Source of the DNA: Camelus ferus
Taxonomy: Eukaryota
Reading direction: 5' to 3'
DNA: 64,000 bases
Assembly (NCBI RefSeq): GCF_009834535.1
Contig: NC_045697.1
Span: 95,234,001 to 95,298,000 of the forward strand
The translations under genes and the position numbers were made by a program. The notes below the pieces were generated by a model. That model worked only from the letters and a program-made list of their open reading frames with translations. It was not told the DNA's origin and did no database searches. Shown here piece after piece: positions 52,444-64,000 of this stretch (position 1 is its first letter; each line of letters opens with the position of its first letter).

Positions 52444-55269
52444 ATTTTTTTTAATATGCCCTCAAAATGATTAAAACATTTCCCCATAAAAGAATGTTAC
52501 CTCTTCTCCTCTCTTTAGGGTTTGAGAATAATTAATATCCACAAATATAAAGTAATCATCTGAACAGAACCCTAGATTGGTTCTCTAAATTAAGATCGTA
52601 ACTTCAGCAATCCGTTTGCTTTCTCTGTGAAAGCTATGTATCTCATACTGTGACTAAAAATTAGTGCCTCTCAAACGTTCTAGTTTTTTTTTCTTTTTGT
52701 TTTCTCCCAACAAAGAGGAAAGACAAAGAATATGTTTATAGATATAGATCTATTTAGAATCATAGGTAGGAGCCTCTCATTTCTCTATTTTCCAGGTTCT
52801 GAAAGCAATTCTGATTAATTTGAAACTCTCAAGGCAACTTGTGTGGCTTTAAGGGGGCAGTGTGTTGAGAGCTGGGACAGCGGGGTCCTATTTGGTGTTC
52901 GTTTTCCTTTCCTTTGATTGCATAAGGCTGTGCTATATAGCTGGACTTAACTATCTACAAGAATTGACTGACTCTGAAGGATCATCAATAAAATAAGCCA
53001 GCTCTTGGAATTAAATTCAGTGTCTGAATGCCTTGTTTAACTTACCTTGCTTATCTGGCCTTGCTTTCTGATGCCTGAAAACTCTGCGAACAGTAACTTT
53101 CACGCTTCCCTCAATCTGCATGTTGCCGCTCATTCTGTTCTTCCTAAAACTTTGCTTGAGATGCAAAAATCCTCATGAGATGAAAACCCTGGTATGATCC
53201 ATGCCTGCACCAATCCCTGCTCTGAGCTGGTGACCCATGTCAAGCCCTGTCCTGCCTCAAAAAGTCCCTAGTTACTCTGCCCAAGGGACAGAGAAGCCTC
53301 TTTTTCTTTTTTCAGTGCTTTGCTGCCCTCACCTGACTGAGACTGTCCTGTTAAAAACTTGAAAACAGAATGGTTAGGTCTAGGGGTATAGTGGCCTGAG
53401 AACTTTAAGACACATTTCCTTTATTTATTTTAAGGGAGTAAGCAAGAGAGAACCATTCACAGACTTAAAAATAAGCAAACAAACAGAAACTTGGGAAAAA
53501 TAAATAAATCCTGCAGTCATAAATTACTACTAAAGATACAGGTCAAATTCAAAGGGAATAAATCTGTGTCCCATTTCATGCCCATGTTCTGTGTTCTCCT
53601 TCATGGTGTTTTAGAATAACAATTAGTTATTTTAAATAGTCTTATTGTAAAAAGAAAAAAGTTACTAGTAATCCCGTCCCCAAAGAAAATGTCTATTTAC
53701 ACTTTTTCTTGGTCCTCTGTAACCATTAGTCATAAATATACACATATCACAAATAAATGCTATATACATGAATATAGAGTGTATTATTAGATATTTTTGA
53801 AAAGTGAAGAAGTGCTGAAATTTTATTTTTATGAATTTTTCTCCACATTTGGGACATATAATTTCGCTTAGATTGAGATTCAAGCCATCAATTATTTAAC
53901 CTTATGTCCAAATGCATTACACAGTGTAGATATCTGTAATTCCACACTCTTGCTTCCTGTGTACTGAATGGAAGGATATATAAGCTGGGGCACCACTAAA
54001 ACATGAATATCAACTGCCTTTCTCACTTGGAAGTAGGACTCCATACAATAGGGCTAATTAGCCCTTTGACAAAGTTCCTGATGCCTCCATAATTAACATT
54101 AGTGTCCAAGGGCAGATTAAGATAATTCTAACATTGCTCAATATTTGAATTTTATAAATATGCATTAGCATACATCATATTATTTGATAATATAAGAACA
54201 ATTGATGTTTTGTAACTTCCTTTTTTGTACTCAAAAGAAAAATTGTCATCAGCCATCACTGGACTTTAACTTCATTATCTGTGAACTGGGGCATGACAAA
54301 TGTCCATTTTTAAACTACTCTAAGAAAAAAAAAAAATGAAGAATACTACAGTTTTCAGTGTTTGTCAGTCTTACTGGGAGATTCTGGAGCATAATTTACA
54401 GCCCTTGTTTCAGCCGATCTAGGCTTTATACCACTTGTGTCAGCGGCCACATTTGGAATTCACAGTATTGGCAGATGCCCCCACTCAGGTGGTTGTGTTA
54501 CCCAAGTGTAAAATCCTCAGTCTGTGGAAAATTAGAAAACACATTATGACATATCATACTGCCCAGGATTAGTCAGAAGGTGCCAATGTATTATTAGCAG
54601 GGATGATGTGCGCCAACACCTACAAAAGTCCAATTGTCGAGGCAAGCACCTGCATCTGTTCACCTGAAGCAGTGATTGCTGCCTCTCCAATTATTCACAG
54701 AACCTTGACCAAGTGCCATGTACACACTGAAAGTTATCCCTGGCTCCGTCTCTCCTCTCAGACCAACAGTTCTTGGAATGGCACAGGTGCCTTAGACTTA
54801 ACCCAAATTACATTAAATGCGGGTTTTACCTGTCATACGTGATTTAAGTAGGGTAAGGGCTCTGATGAGAAGGAAGTAAAACCTGAAAATGCCATGATCT
54901 TTCTGCAGAATCCTCCAGGCTCCAGTTGACTCACAGTTGGTTCTCTTCAACTGAAACAGTAGAGTAGACAAGCGTGACCACCCTTACTGGCTCGATCTTC
55001 TTATAATTCATCTGCCTACATCTGCAAGGACTGTGAGCTCCTTTAGGTTTCAACAGCCACCTCTGGCACGATAATATGTGTGGTTTCATGCTCTTTTAGT
55101 ACAGAAGAAAAATGTCCCTACTAAGGCATTTGTGTCCATAGCTTCGGCCACCTGTGTTTCACTGCATTTAGGTGAGGAACAATTACCATAACTCCCTGTC
55201 TCAAAAGAAGCTATGTGAGGAAAACTCGCTTGCCCCTCAATTTATTTTTATAAGCTTTCTAATAAACTT

Positions 55270-55610
55270 TCAACTAATCTGATTGCCAGGAAACTCTCAT
55301 TATATACACCTTCATTTAAAAATTAGGAAACTGGGAGGGAGGGTATAGCTTACCGATAGAGCACGTGCTTAGTATGCATGAGGTCCTGGCTTCAATCCCC
55401 AGTACTTTCATTAAAAAATAAATAAATAAACCTAATAACCAGCCCCCCAAAACAAAACAAAAACAAAAAACAAACAAAAAATAAAATAAGTTAGGAAACT
55501 GTTGTACAGAGATAAAGCAACTTTGTTCATGTTACACAATTTGTTGGTAGCCAAGCCATTTCTGAAACCCAGTTTTCCTGACCTCAGCCTTACTCTCTTT
55601 TTAGTAGAAC
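55270..55610 (-). mobile_element. MIR SINE interrupted by a younger SINE
   Basis: TTCATTT...AGGAAACTG [SINE] ...AGAGATAAAGCAACTTTG...TTACACA...GAAACCCAGTTTTCCTGAC. Confidence 0.65.
55333..55487 (+). mobile_element. tRNA-Ala-derived SINE (vic-1 type)
   Basis: GGGAGGGTATAGCT...GCACGTGCTTAGTATGCATGAGGTCCTGGCTTCAATCCCCAGTAC; TSD AAATTAGGAAACT (55320-55332) / AAGTTAGGAAACT (55488-55500). Confidence 0.93.
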
Positions 55611-56656
55611 ATCCATCTTGCAAGTAAAAGAATGTTTGCTTCATAGAAGTAAACAATCTTTAAATGTCTGTTACCTATATTTTTAATTAAAATTATTTCT
55701 TTTATCTAAGGTAAGTATATACATCTTACTGAAGATATTTTTTTTGACAGATTTATCACTTTCCTGTTTATAGTCACACCACTTTGTAAACTAGAGATTG
55801 AAAATTTATTGCTAAATGTAAGCACATTATGTCTAATAAAAATTAACATTAATAATGAATGTAAAAAATATTTCTAATACATTAAGGAACTATTTTTAAG
55901 TTAAAATAAAATAAATAGTATTAAATGCTCCAGGAAAAGCTAACATGTTTTCCAGTCAGTTTAAAAGAAATGCCATAACCCGTCTGCCCAAAATAACTCC
56001 CTCTTTTAGCATTTGAAATGTTTTAAAGAAAAGATTTATCAAGCTTCCTTTAATACCTGTCAATTATCATGGAAATTAAAGAACAAAAAGGAATGCTGTC
56101 TAGGGCTGATCGTAACAGTCACCAATTGACTCTCTTTCAAATTGAGGAAAAATATGTTTGCAGTAAAATCACTTTTACTCTGTTTAAAAACCTTGTTAAC
56201 TTTTCTTTTTAAATGTTGGTCACATTGTTTGCTTTAGAAGAGATACAGGCCCTTTGAGAAAACAATTTTTCAAATAGGCTGAGAATTTTGTATCTCAAAC
56301 CTTTCCTCCTGATACAGAGACAATCCTCACTGACAATGAAACAATTAAATTCAAATTTCAGTTCTCAATAGACTCAGCTTGGGGACATCAAAAGGAAGGA
56401 GAGAAGCTTGGGTTAAGTTACAAAAGTTGCTGTGAAACTTCTTCCAGACTTGTAGAAATAAAATGAAACAGAAGACACATAGGATTTCATACACTCAGCT
56501 ACTCTATAATTCCTCTCACCAGTTTTCTTTTAAATGATTGCAATTTGTTAGAAAAAGATATAATACAGGAAAACAAATTCTAAAGATGTGACAAGAAATT
56601 CCTTTTATGAAAGGATTTTTTTTTAATTTCTTATAGAAAAAAAGCTATTGAAACCC

Positions 56657-56850
56657 TGTGTTGTCTATTGGTGCATAAAAACACACACCCAAAATTGAAT
56701 CGCTTATAACAATAAGAATCTATTGTTTCTCACAAATTTGTGTGTTGGCTACGCCATTCTTCTGGTATCATCTGAGTTCATTGATGTGACTGCATCATTG
56801 ACAGGGAGCTGGCTTAGCTGGGGACACTGAGGGAGCTTCCTCCCTCCTTT
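56657..56850 (-). mobile_element. MLT1 LTR fragment
   Basis: TCTATTGGTGCATAAAAACACACACCCAAAATT...TTGTTTCTCAC...GTGACTGCATCA. Confidence 0.7.
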
Positions 56851-58174
56851 ATAAAAATATCTTTATTTTGCACTGGGACTCAGAAATTAGGTAACCAGCC
56901 CTAGAGGCGAGGGGAGAAGCAAGTATGCTAGTCTACAATGAGGTGATGGTGGTCTGAACAGTACAGTAGCAAAAAGGTAGTGCAAAGTAATTTGGATTTT
57001 GAATATGCTTTGTCTATAAGAGTCAAGAAAGACTTTTGATGAAGTGTTTGTAAAATATGAAAGAAAGGTCAGAGGCTTCAGTGTCTAATGTTAACACTAT
57101 TCAGATTTGTTTCTGCCTCAAGATAAATGTTCTGCAATGCAGAACACATGCAAAGAAGCAATGTATTCAGTGTCATAGCCAAAGTTCATTTCGACTTTGG
57201 ATAACTAATACAAATATAGTAGTGTTGTGACTACTAGTAAGTTAGTTAGTTTTCCTTTACCTCAATTATCTCATCTATGAATTTGTAATATGATGTTTTG
57301 TTGTGAGATTTAAGAAAATGATTTACTTGGCACAGTAGCAAAGACATAAAGTTATTATTCTCTTGACCCTATAAGGTTATAACAATATACGTTTACCTTG
57401 TAGAAATGTGTGACCTCTTTTGTGTGTCATATCTCCATAATAGAAACTGGTGTTTTTCCCCAAATCACTTTCATATGAACGTTTGTCTTTACCAATTCAG
57501 CTAGCCTTGTATTATTCTAATGAGAAGAAAAATCAACCAATGTTCAATATATATTAATTATTCAGTACTGGCCTAGTTAGCTTAGAGATATAAAGTAGGC
57601 CTCTGAGTTCCCTAGTATATAATAAGTACTAATTTCTTACTTTCCAAATTCAGTTCCCTGAAGAGAATGGACTGCTCTGTCAAAATGCACATATTTTCCT
57701 TTCAGTAACCTGTGTTTCTTTTATTAGATACCTTTCTTCACCTTCGCTGGATTTTCAGTCTCCTCCCTTTGAAGTGCCTTCTGATTGACATTCTAATTCT
57801 GATGACCTATGTAGCTGGATTGAAACTTCTTTCTCTTAAAGGCTCAGACATAGAAGATGAGGATTTGAAAAATGGCTTACCAATTCCTATACATTTAGAG
57901 AATAATCATTTTTTTCTCAAAAGAAGAAAAGCAATTTGTTATAGTAGGTTTCCTTCAATTAAATGTCATGCTATAATGTAAAAGGAACATAACATTCAGT
58001 TTTAATCATAAGGTAGAATTATTGAGGAGTTAATAGCTAATTTCTTTATAATTATTATTATCTATGAGAAGATTATTCCAAATAGGATCAAATGGTATCA
58101 TTTTTGAAACATTGATTTTTTTTTCTTTATTTAAAAATTTTAATCCTAATTTGACCTTCCTCTGACTCTTAAAA

Positions 58175-59426
58175 GCAGACAGAGAAGGAAATGTTTAACA
58201 TTGTGGAAGGATACTTCTACAGTTATGATATAATCCATGATGGAATCTGACAAGTTTGCCTTAAGGTTCCCCTCAGCTTGACTACACTTTAGACAGTATC
58301 TTTCTGACTGTAGACCTTGATCTTCACTCTTGTAGAGCATTTCCTTTAGAAAACTTGCAATTTTAAATACTTTTACTGCTGTTTTGAAATACAAACCTTC
58401 TCCCAGACTCTGACCAGTTTTATAACCCAGGAATATCTTTCTCAAAGATCTAGAAGCTATCCCTTTGAAATGTAGTCATTAAGAAGGATAGTGTCTCAAA
58501 AAAGTAGAAGTAGAACTATCATACAATCCAGCAGTTCCAGTCTGGGTATTTATCTATATAAATGAAGACACAAATTTGTAAAGATACATGCACCCCAGTG
58601 TTCACAGCAGCACTATTTGTAATAATCAAGATATGGAAACAACTTCTGTGTCCATCAACAGAAAAATGGATAAAGAAGATGTGGTATATATGTGTAATGG
58701 AATATTACTCAGCCATAAAAAATAATGAAATCTTGCCATTTGCAACAACATGAATGGGCCTGGAGGGTATAGGTCAGACAAAGAAAAACAAATACTGTAT
58801 GTTCACTTATGTGTGGAATACTTGTGTGGAAAAATAAAACAAACAAGCAAATATAACAAAACAGATACAGACTCACCAGACGCAGAGAACAAACTAGTGG
58901 TTACTGGAGGTGAGGGAGTGAGGGGAGGAGCAAAACAGGTGAAGGGGATTAAGAAGTACAAACCACTGTTATAAAATAAGTCACAGGGATGTAATGTACA
59001 CCACAGGGAATATAGTCAGTGTTTTATAATAACGTTGTGTGGTGTTTAATCTATAAAAATATTGAACCACTATGTTGTACATCTGAAACTAATACAATAC
59101 TGTATGCCAAATATACCTCAATAATTTTTTTTTTAAAAAAAGGAAAAGAAAAGGCACAAAGAAAGATAGTTTCTCTGTCTCCCGATCTCTATGGAAAGCT
59201 AGGAGCCTAACTTGGATAAGTACAATTAGCAAACATAAATGGCTGAATTTCTTTAGGGAACTTCCCAGGTAATATCCTTGAATACTTTTCTACTAGCTAA
59301 CCCCAGACTTAAAAACTCTCTTGTTTCTGTTTCAGTGGCGATGAGTTGTTTTGACCCTCACTGCCAGTGTCTTGAGTAAAATCTTCCTTACATGTTTAAT
59401 ATGCTAGATGGAATTTTTCTTTGACA
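58175..59426 (+). mobile_element. ERV1-class LTR (MER89/MER67 group), split by an L1
   Basis: TTAAGGTTCCCCTCAGCTTGACTA...TTTAGAAAACTTGCAA...CCCTTTGAAATGTA [L1] ...AGGAGCCTAACTT...AATTTTTCTTTGACA. Confidence 0.8.
58498..59158 (+). mobile_element. 5'-truncated L1 with 17-bp TSD
   Basis: ORF 58562-58753 (KDTCTPVFTAALF...WIKKMWYI..MEYYSAIK) is the ORF2p C-terminus; TSD AAGAAGGATAGTGTCTC (58481-58497) / AAGAAAGATAGTTTCTC (59159-59175), 2 mismatches. Confidence 0.95.
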
Positions 59427-59844
59427 CATCTCAAGGACCTTCTAAGTGAGTTTCAGTACAGAATGAGAAAAGAGGGTAGTGTCAGGAACCCAGTGGGTCA
59501 TCTCTAGGGCAATGGGCAGACCAACCTAAATAAAAACTGTGTAGTGGAAGTCACATTAGCACTTGGATTAATAAGGAAAAATCATAGCATTGGGAAAAGA
59601 CTTAGATGTTTAGAATTTTTTAAAAAAATAATAGAATAATGTTGCAAAGAAATTATCTTTATGACTACATAATTCATATTCAGATGTTTGTCATATGAAA
59701 CTTATGAAAAGATTTTAAAAGATCTGAAAATAACGTAGAAAATAATTCTTTACTAGCCAGTTTCCCCAAAATTAGTGTTTGAGTCTATCATCAATAAAGA
59801 ATTTTAGAGGTTATTTTCATAAGATGTACAAATGTCTCAAAGAT

Positions 59845-59965
59845 ACCAGAATGTAAGCTCATTAGAACAGAGCCATATCAGTGTTAATCATCACTTTCTG
59901 CACATGATTCCAGTACTGGTGTATAAAAATATTCAAAAACTATTTTTTTGATGTGCATTGATGAA
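59845..59965 (+). mobile_element. L2 3' tail
   Basis: CCAGAATGTAAGCTCATTAGAACAGAGCC...TATTCAAAAACTATTTTTTG. Confidence 0.6.
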
Positions 59966-62900
59966 AATCAGTGAGAAGAAGGGTTTTGTGCCAGGCTTAG
60001 GGTGCCTAGACAAGATAGAATACAGTCACTTTAGGAGGTTATGATGAGGATGACCTGGACAAATTTGAAGAAAAATACATCTTTAATATCCTTATATAAT
60101 TTTGAAGCTATTACTGTGAAATAAAACTCTCATGTCCCAAAGTGCACAAAACATGAAATATGATTTAATAAGTGGTTAAGAGCAAATACCTGTTAGCCAC
60201 CCCTGAGTTGTACTTATGTATTTTTCTCAACGTTGCCCATAGTTTTTAATATATTCCAATTCACTTTCAGAAACATGGGTGGTTCTTAAGTACCTGTTAA
60301 ACTGTAAGTTTATATCAAATGTACCAAAAGATGGATGTACAAAAACGATGGATTGACATTATAAAAGATTTGTCAGTTAATTGAATACATTTCTGTCAAT
60401 TAATTTCACAGATTTTTCACTGAAGTCACTCTCTGAAGTGGATTCCTTTTAAGGGAATAAACTTCATTAAGTAGAATTTTTGTCAAAGATTACATATCTA
60501 ACATAATGTCATTTAAATTCTGCATATACAAAAATTGAAAATGGCTACAAATAAACATTTATTGGAAATCAGTCTCTTAGTTTCAGATGGCTCAAGAAGT
60601 TTATTGGCAGGAAATAAAAGGAAACTTGTAAATGTTATCAGAAGACCTGTGGTGAATGCACCGACATTATGGATGGTGTACGGCATTTAGATGATATTCC
60701 AGATATCATTCTTATTGATCTCGTTACATATAAAAAAAAAAAAAAGAGGAGAGAAAGCTGAAGAGCTAATGAGTTAAAATTCTTTAAAACAGACAAAATA
60801 AATTTTATTTTAAGATTCTTGCACAAAAGGCCATGTGCATTGTGCAGCCAAAAGATATCAAAAAATACTGCCAATGCTCTGTAATACAGGCATTTGTCTA
60901 CAATTGTGAAACAAACCAAAAAAAAAAAAAAAAGGGGAAATTTGTGCTTGTCAGATAAAGGAACTGTTTCTGCTGCATGGTCAGTAAGATCAGTAAAAAC
61001 TGAACCAGATTTCTATGCTTTCCTAGAAGTGTCCTAGTAATGTCTTTATGGTATATTTAAAACCTTGAGATTCCCTTCTCCTCCACCCTCCATAATTATA
61101 ACTGAAAAAAATCTCTTTGGTAGTTTTTAGAAGATTGTGCTGATGAAAGATCATTTCCCCCAGCTTATATCTTTTCTTCCAGTCTCATTAATACTTTTAA
61201 ACGAGGCACATATTTCAAATAATTAAAGAAGAATCAGTCCTTTCATTTCCCACAGCAACAATAGGGATGGTATTTACAATGATATTTACATACCTATCTC
61301 CCATGAATCAAATGGAAGATATAATACATACACCAAGAGGCTGCAAATGTAATGAGGATGAACCTTGTGTGGAGAAACTTCCTTATAAGCCACGGTGTGG
61401 GGACTCCCCTTCTTAGGGGAATAGTGAGGTGGAAAGTGCTCTTAGCAACCTGACGCAGGCATTCTGTGCAAGGGTTCCCCATGACCCCTGGGGCTTCTGT
61501 GGAAAGCACTGCCTGGGGAAACCAGAAGGAATCAGCAGCTCATACCAAAGATGGAAACAATGGAAATTGTTTTCTTGCAGCAGTTCTCAAGGAAAAATGC
61601 TTACTTGTTCCCTATGGCTCCTTTGACCACATTTACAGTCTCTGAGTCATTGCTAATAGTTCATAATAATTCCCAAATCCAGCAATCATACTGAATGCTC
61701 CCTGACTTTAGTCTGATGTATTTCATGAAGTCAACTCGAGAGTTTCTACAAATATTAATGAGACTAGGGGGACCTCTGAAAGCATGTGAAATGATTGTTT
61801 ATATGTTATATAAAGGATCACCTGCACACTATGCATAGTTTAAGGAAGCGTATTATATAAGAGGCACAGTGTTGTTATGTCCCACATATTTCGTTTTTGC
61901 CTGTATGAAAAGTGTTTCTCGCTGGAAAATCTGTTACCCTGCAATGCATAACTGTGAAGGGGAAGGAGCACTGAGATACATTTATTCCTATACCACTCAA
62001 GTGGAACCATCATAAGAAAGCTAGAGGTCCTAACCTTACATGCAGTATAAATGATAAATGTACCATAATGCTTCCTTCTTGTGTTTTTGGCGTCCTGTAG
62101 CTTTGATATATATATATTGGGTTATAGGACTCGTATCTTAAGATCGCTGACAAGACGTCTGGTGTGGTACTTTCATATTTTATGACTTATTGAACTATGA
62201 TTTTAAATTTGTTCAGCACATCAACATGTTAAGTGAGGAGGCCAGAATTATTTTTCGTTACATTTCACTGAGCGGTGCATCATTTCAGAACGGCTTCATG
62301 TACAGAGGCATGAAAAGAATTCTGGCTTTAAATCTACACTCATCAGACCTGAAAACAAAACAATTAAAATTAAATTATTCCCCCGGTGCCTTAAAACTAA
62401 AGAGATGATTAAAAATAGCTATTTGTGAGGCAAGCGAATGTAGGGAGATCTGTTTACTGCACTGAGAGAACCTCAAAGGAATTCTTGCATGCAGTGTGCC
62501 TGAAGTGATGGGTTTGAGGGACTCATTTTCATTCTCTTCAGTTTAGAAGAGCAAACAAAAACTGTTACAAAAAGAGGTTAAACAAATATAGGTACTCAGG
62601 TGTATTTAGGGTTATCACAGAGCTCAAAACACTTAGTTAATTTTTTACCATTCATCTTGAATGTTTTTGTGGCTTACTTAATGTACAGTCCATAAAAACA
62701 GTGACTGTTAATGCTGACAGTAGACAACCCACACTAATTCTACTATTTGACCTACACTTACACATATGCAGACCTTCATGTGTATGGATGTTAACCTGTA
62801 AAACTCCTTTTGACTCAGGATCCAAACTACGATATCTGTATCCTGGAGGATATCATTCCTTTGGAAGAAAATATAAGAACTTCCAATGTTATATTATTTT

Positions 62901-64000
62901 CAATCCAGAAAATATACAAATTAGCTATGGGGTCTTTACTCAGTGTATATATATTAGAATTTTATTATTTAGGGTTACTTGAATTAATCACTATAAGACT
63001 TTCTCCAAAGGTCTTAATAGGGCTCTGGAAAATAAATACACATCAAATATAACAAAATACTGCAAATACAAACAAGTGCACAATAAAGAAAAGAGCAGAA
63101 CTGAGTCTTCTACTCCTAAGGTTCTGATCTAAAATCTTATCATATAAGTCATAGTAAGAAGGGCAACTGACGATCAGTGAACCATATCTGGTAAGATATG
63201 AGAGAAATATTTTTAAAACCAAAATTTCCGTTAACTGTTACTTTGAAGCAGAGAAGTAGAATCAAAGAGGCCTGTGGTGTGTTGTGGTGTGGGGCCAGAA
63301 AGCCTCCGCTGTTGAAGGGAATTATATTTATATTTATAAATTTTGTTTCATACTAGGACTCTTTTTGTTAGCTCTCTTCAGATGTTACAAAAGAATTAAT
63401 GAATTATGCCCTTTGTGTGACTTAGTAATCCCATTAGAAAACAGGTATCCATTACTTTTCTAGAGAAATGACAGAAATTCTAAAATAATTTTATGGACAA
63501 TATTTCTCCATCAGCTTCCTTCCTTCTAGCTCAGTTTTTGTGTCTTCTTGCAACTCCATGCTCCCTACATTTAAAAAATGAAGCTATTATTTGAATTTAA
63601 GATAGACAAAATGGACAACCTTTCTTGGCTTAGAAGGAAAAGAGGAAAGGGCGTTCCTTCTTTTTAAGCTGTGATAACCGTTTCTACTACTGCTGTTTAA
63701 TCAGTTGCATAGCAGCTAACAGTGAAATGCGAATACTAATGAGAAGTGAGAGGACAAGTCCCACAGCGTATTTCTACTGTATTCCCTAGGCCTTTAATTT
63801 AGCTACTGGGAACGTATTTCATTTCCATTGGGCGCCCCTTACTGGCCATCCACAAATATTATGTAACTCCGTTACTGGTAATGCATGCCTTTATATTATT
63901 TAGAATATCTACTGTATTCAAATCCTACCTGCTTTAGGACTGGTTGTTCTAAAGATATCTATCCAAAACTTGGATTAATATCTATTGGTCAAGTAGAGAT

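Noticed and set aside
52796..53010. Plus-strand terminal exon (strong acceptor at 52795, AATAAA at 52987)
   Set aside because: AATAAA is very frequent in this AT-rich DNA and there is no linked upstream exon evidence.
54603..54842. 79-aa ORF of balanced composition
   Set aside because: No recognisable domain, promoter or splice context; length is within chance expectation.
1..64000. Short ORFs of the six-frame track as host genes
   Set aside because: All are 119 aa or shorter, low-complexity or inside repeats; the only recognisable ones are broken L1 ORF2p pieces. No consistent exon chain was found.

Overview
AT-rich, CpG-depleted eutherian genomic DNA (intergenic or deep intronic) with no recognisable host protein-coding exon, RNA gene or CpG island. 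Three tRNA-Ala-derived SINEs of the camelid vic-1 type, artiodactyl-type L1 3' ends, a MER41-like LTR and the absence of ruminant (Bov-A/Bov-tA/BovB) or pig (PRE-1) SINEs suggest a camelid (inference). The window is mostly a transposon fossil record: L1, L2, MIR, ERVL internal remnants and solo LTRs, several nested with readable target-site duplications (TSDs). The only ORFs in the track I can identify are L1 ORF2p remnants. I found no evidence of a new multi-gene system. The most unusual structures are: (1) an L1 that carries a ~98-bp copy of its own flanking DNA internally plus a tiny 5' inversion; (2) a nearly perfect 198-bp tandem duplication; (3) a three-layer LTR nest around an intact GC-box-rich solo LTR; (4) an AP-1 motif cluster. 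Repeat family names come from my recollection of consensus sequences, not a database search, and boundaries of old repeats are approximate.
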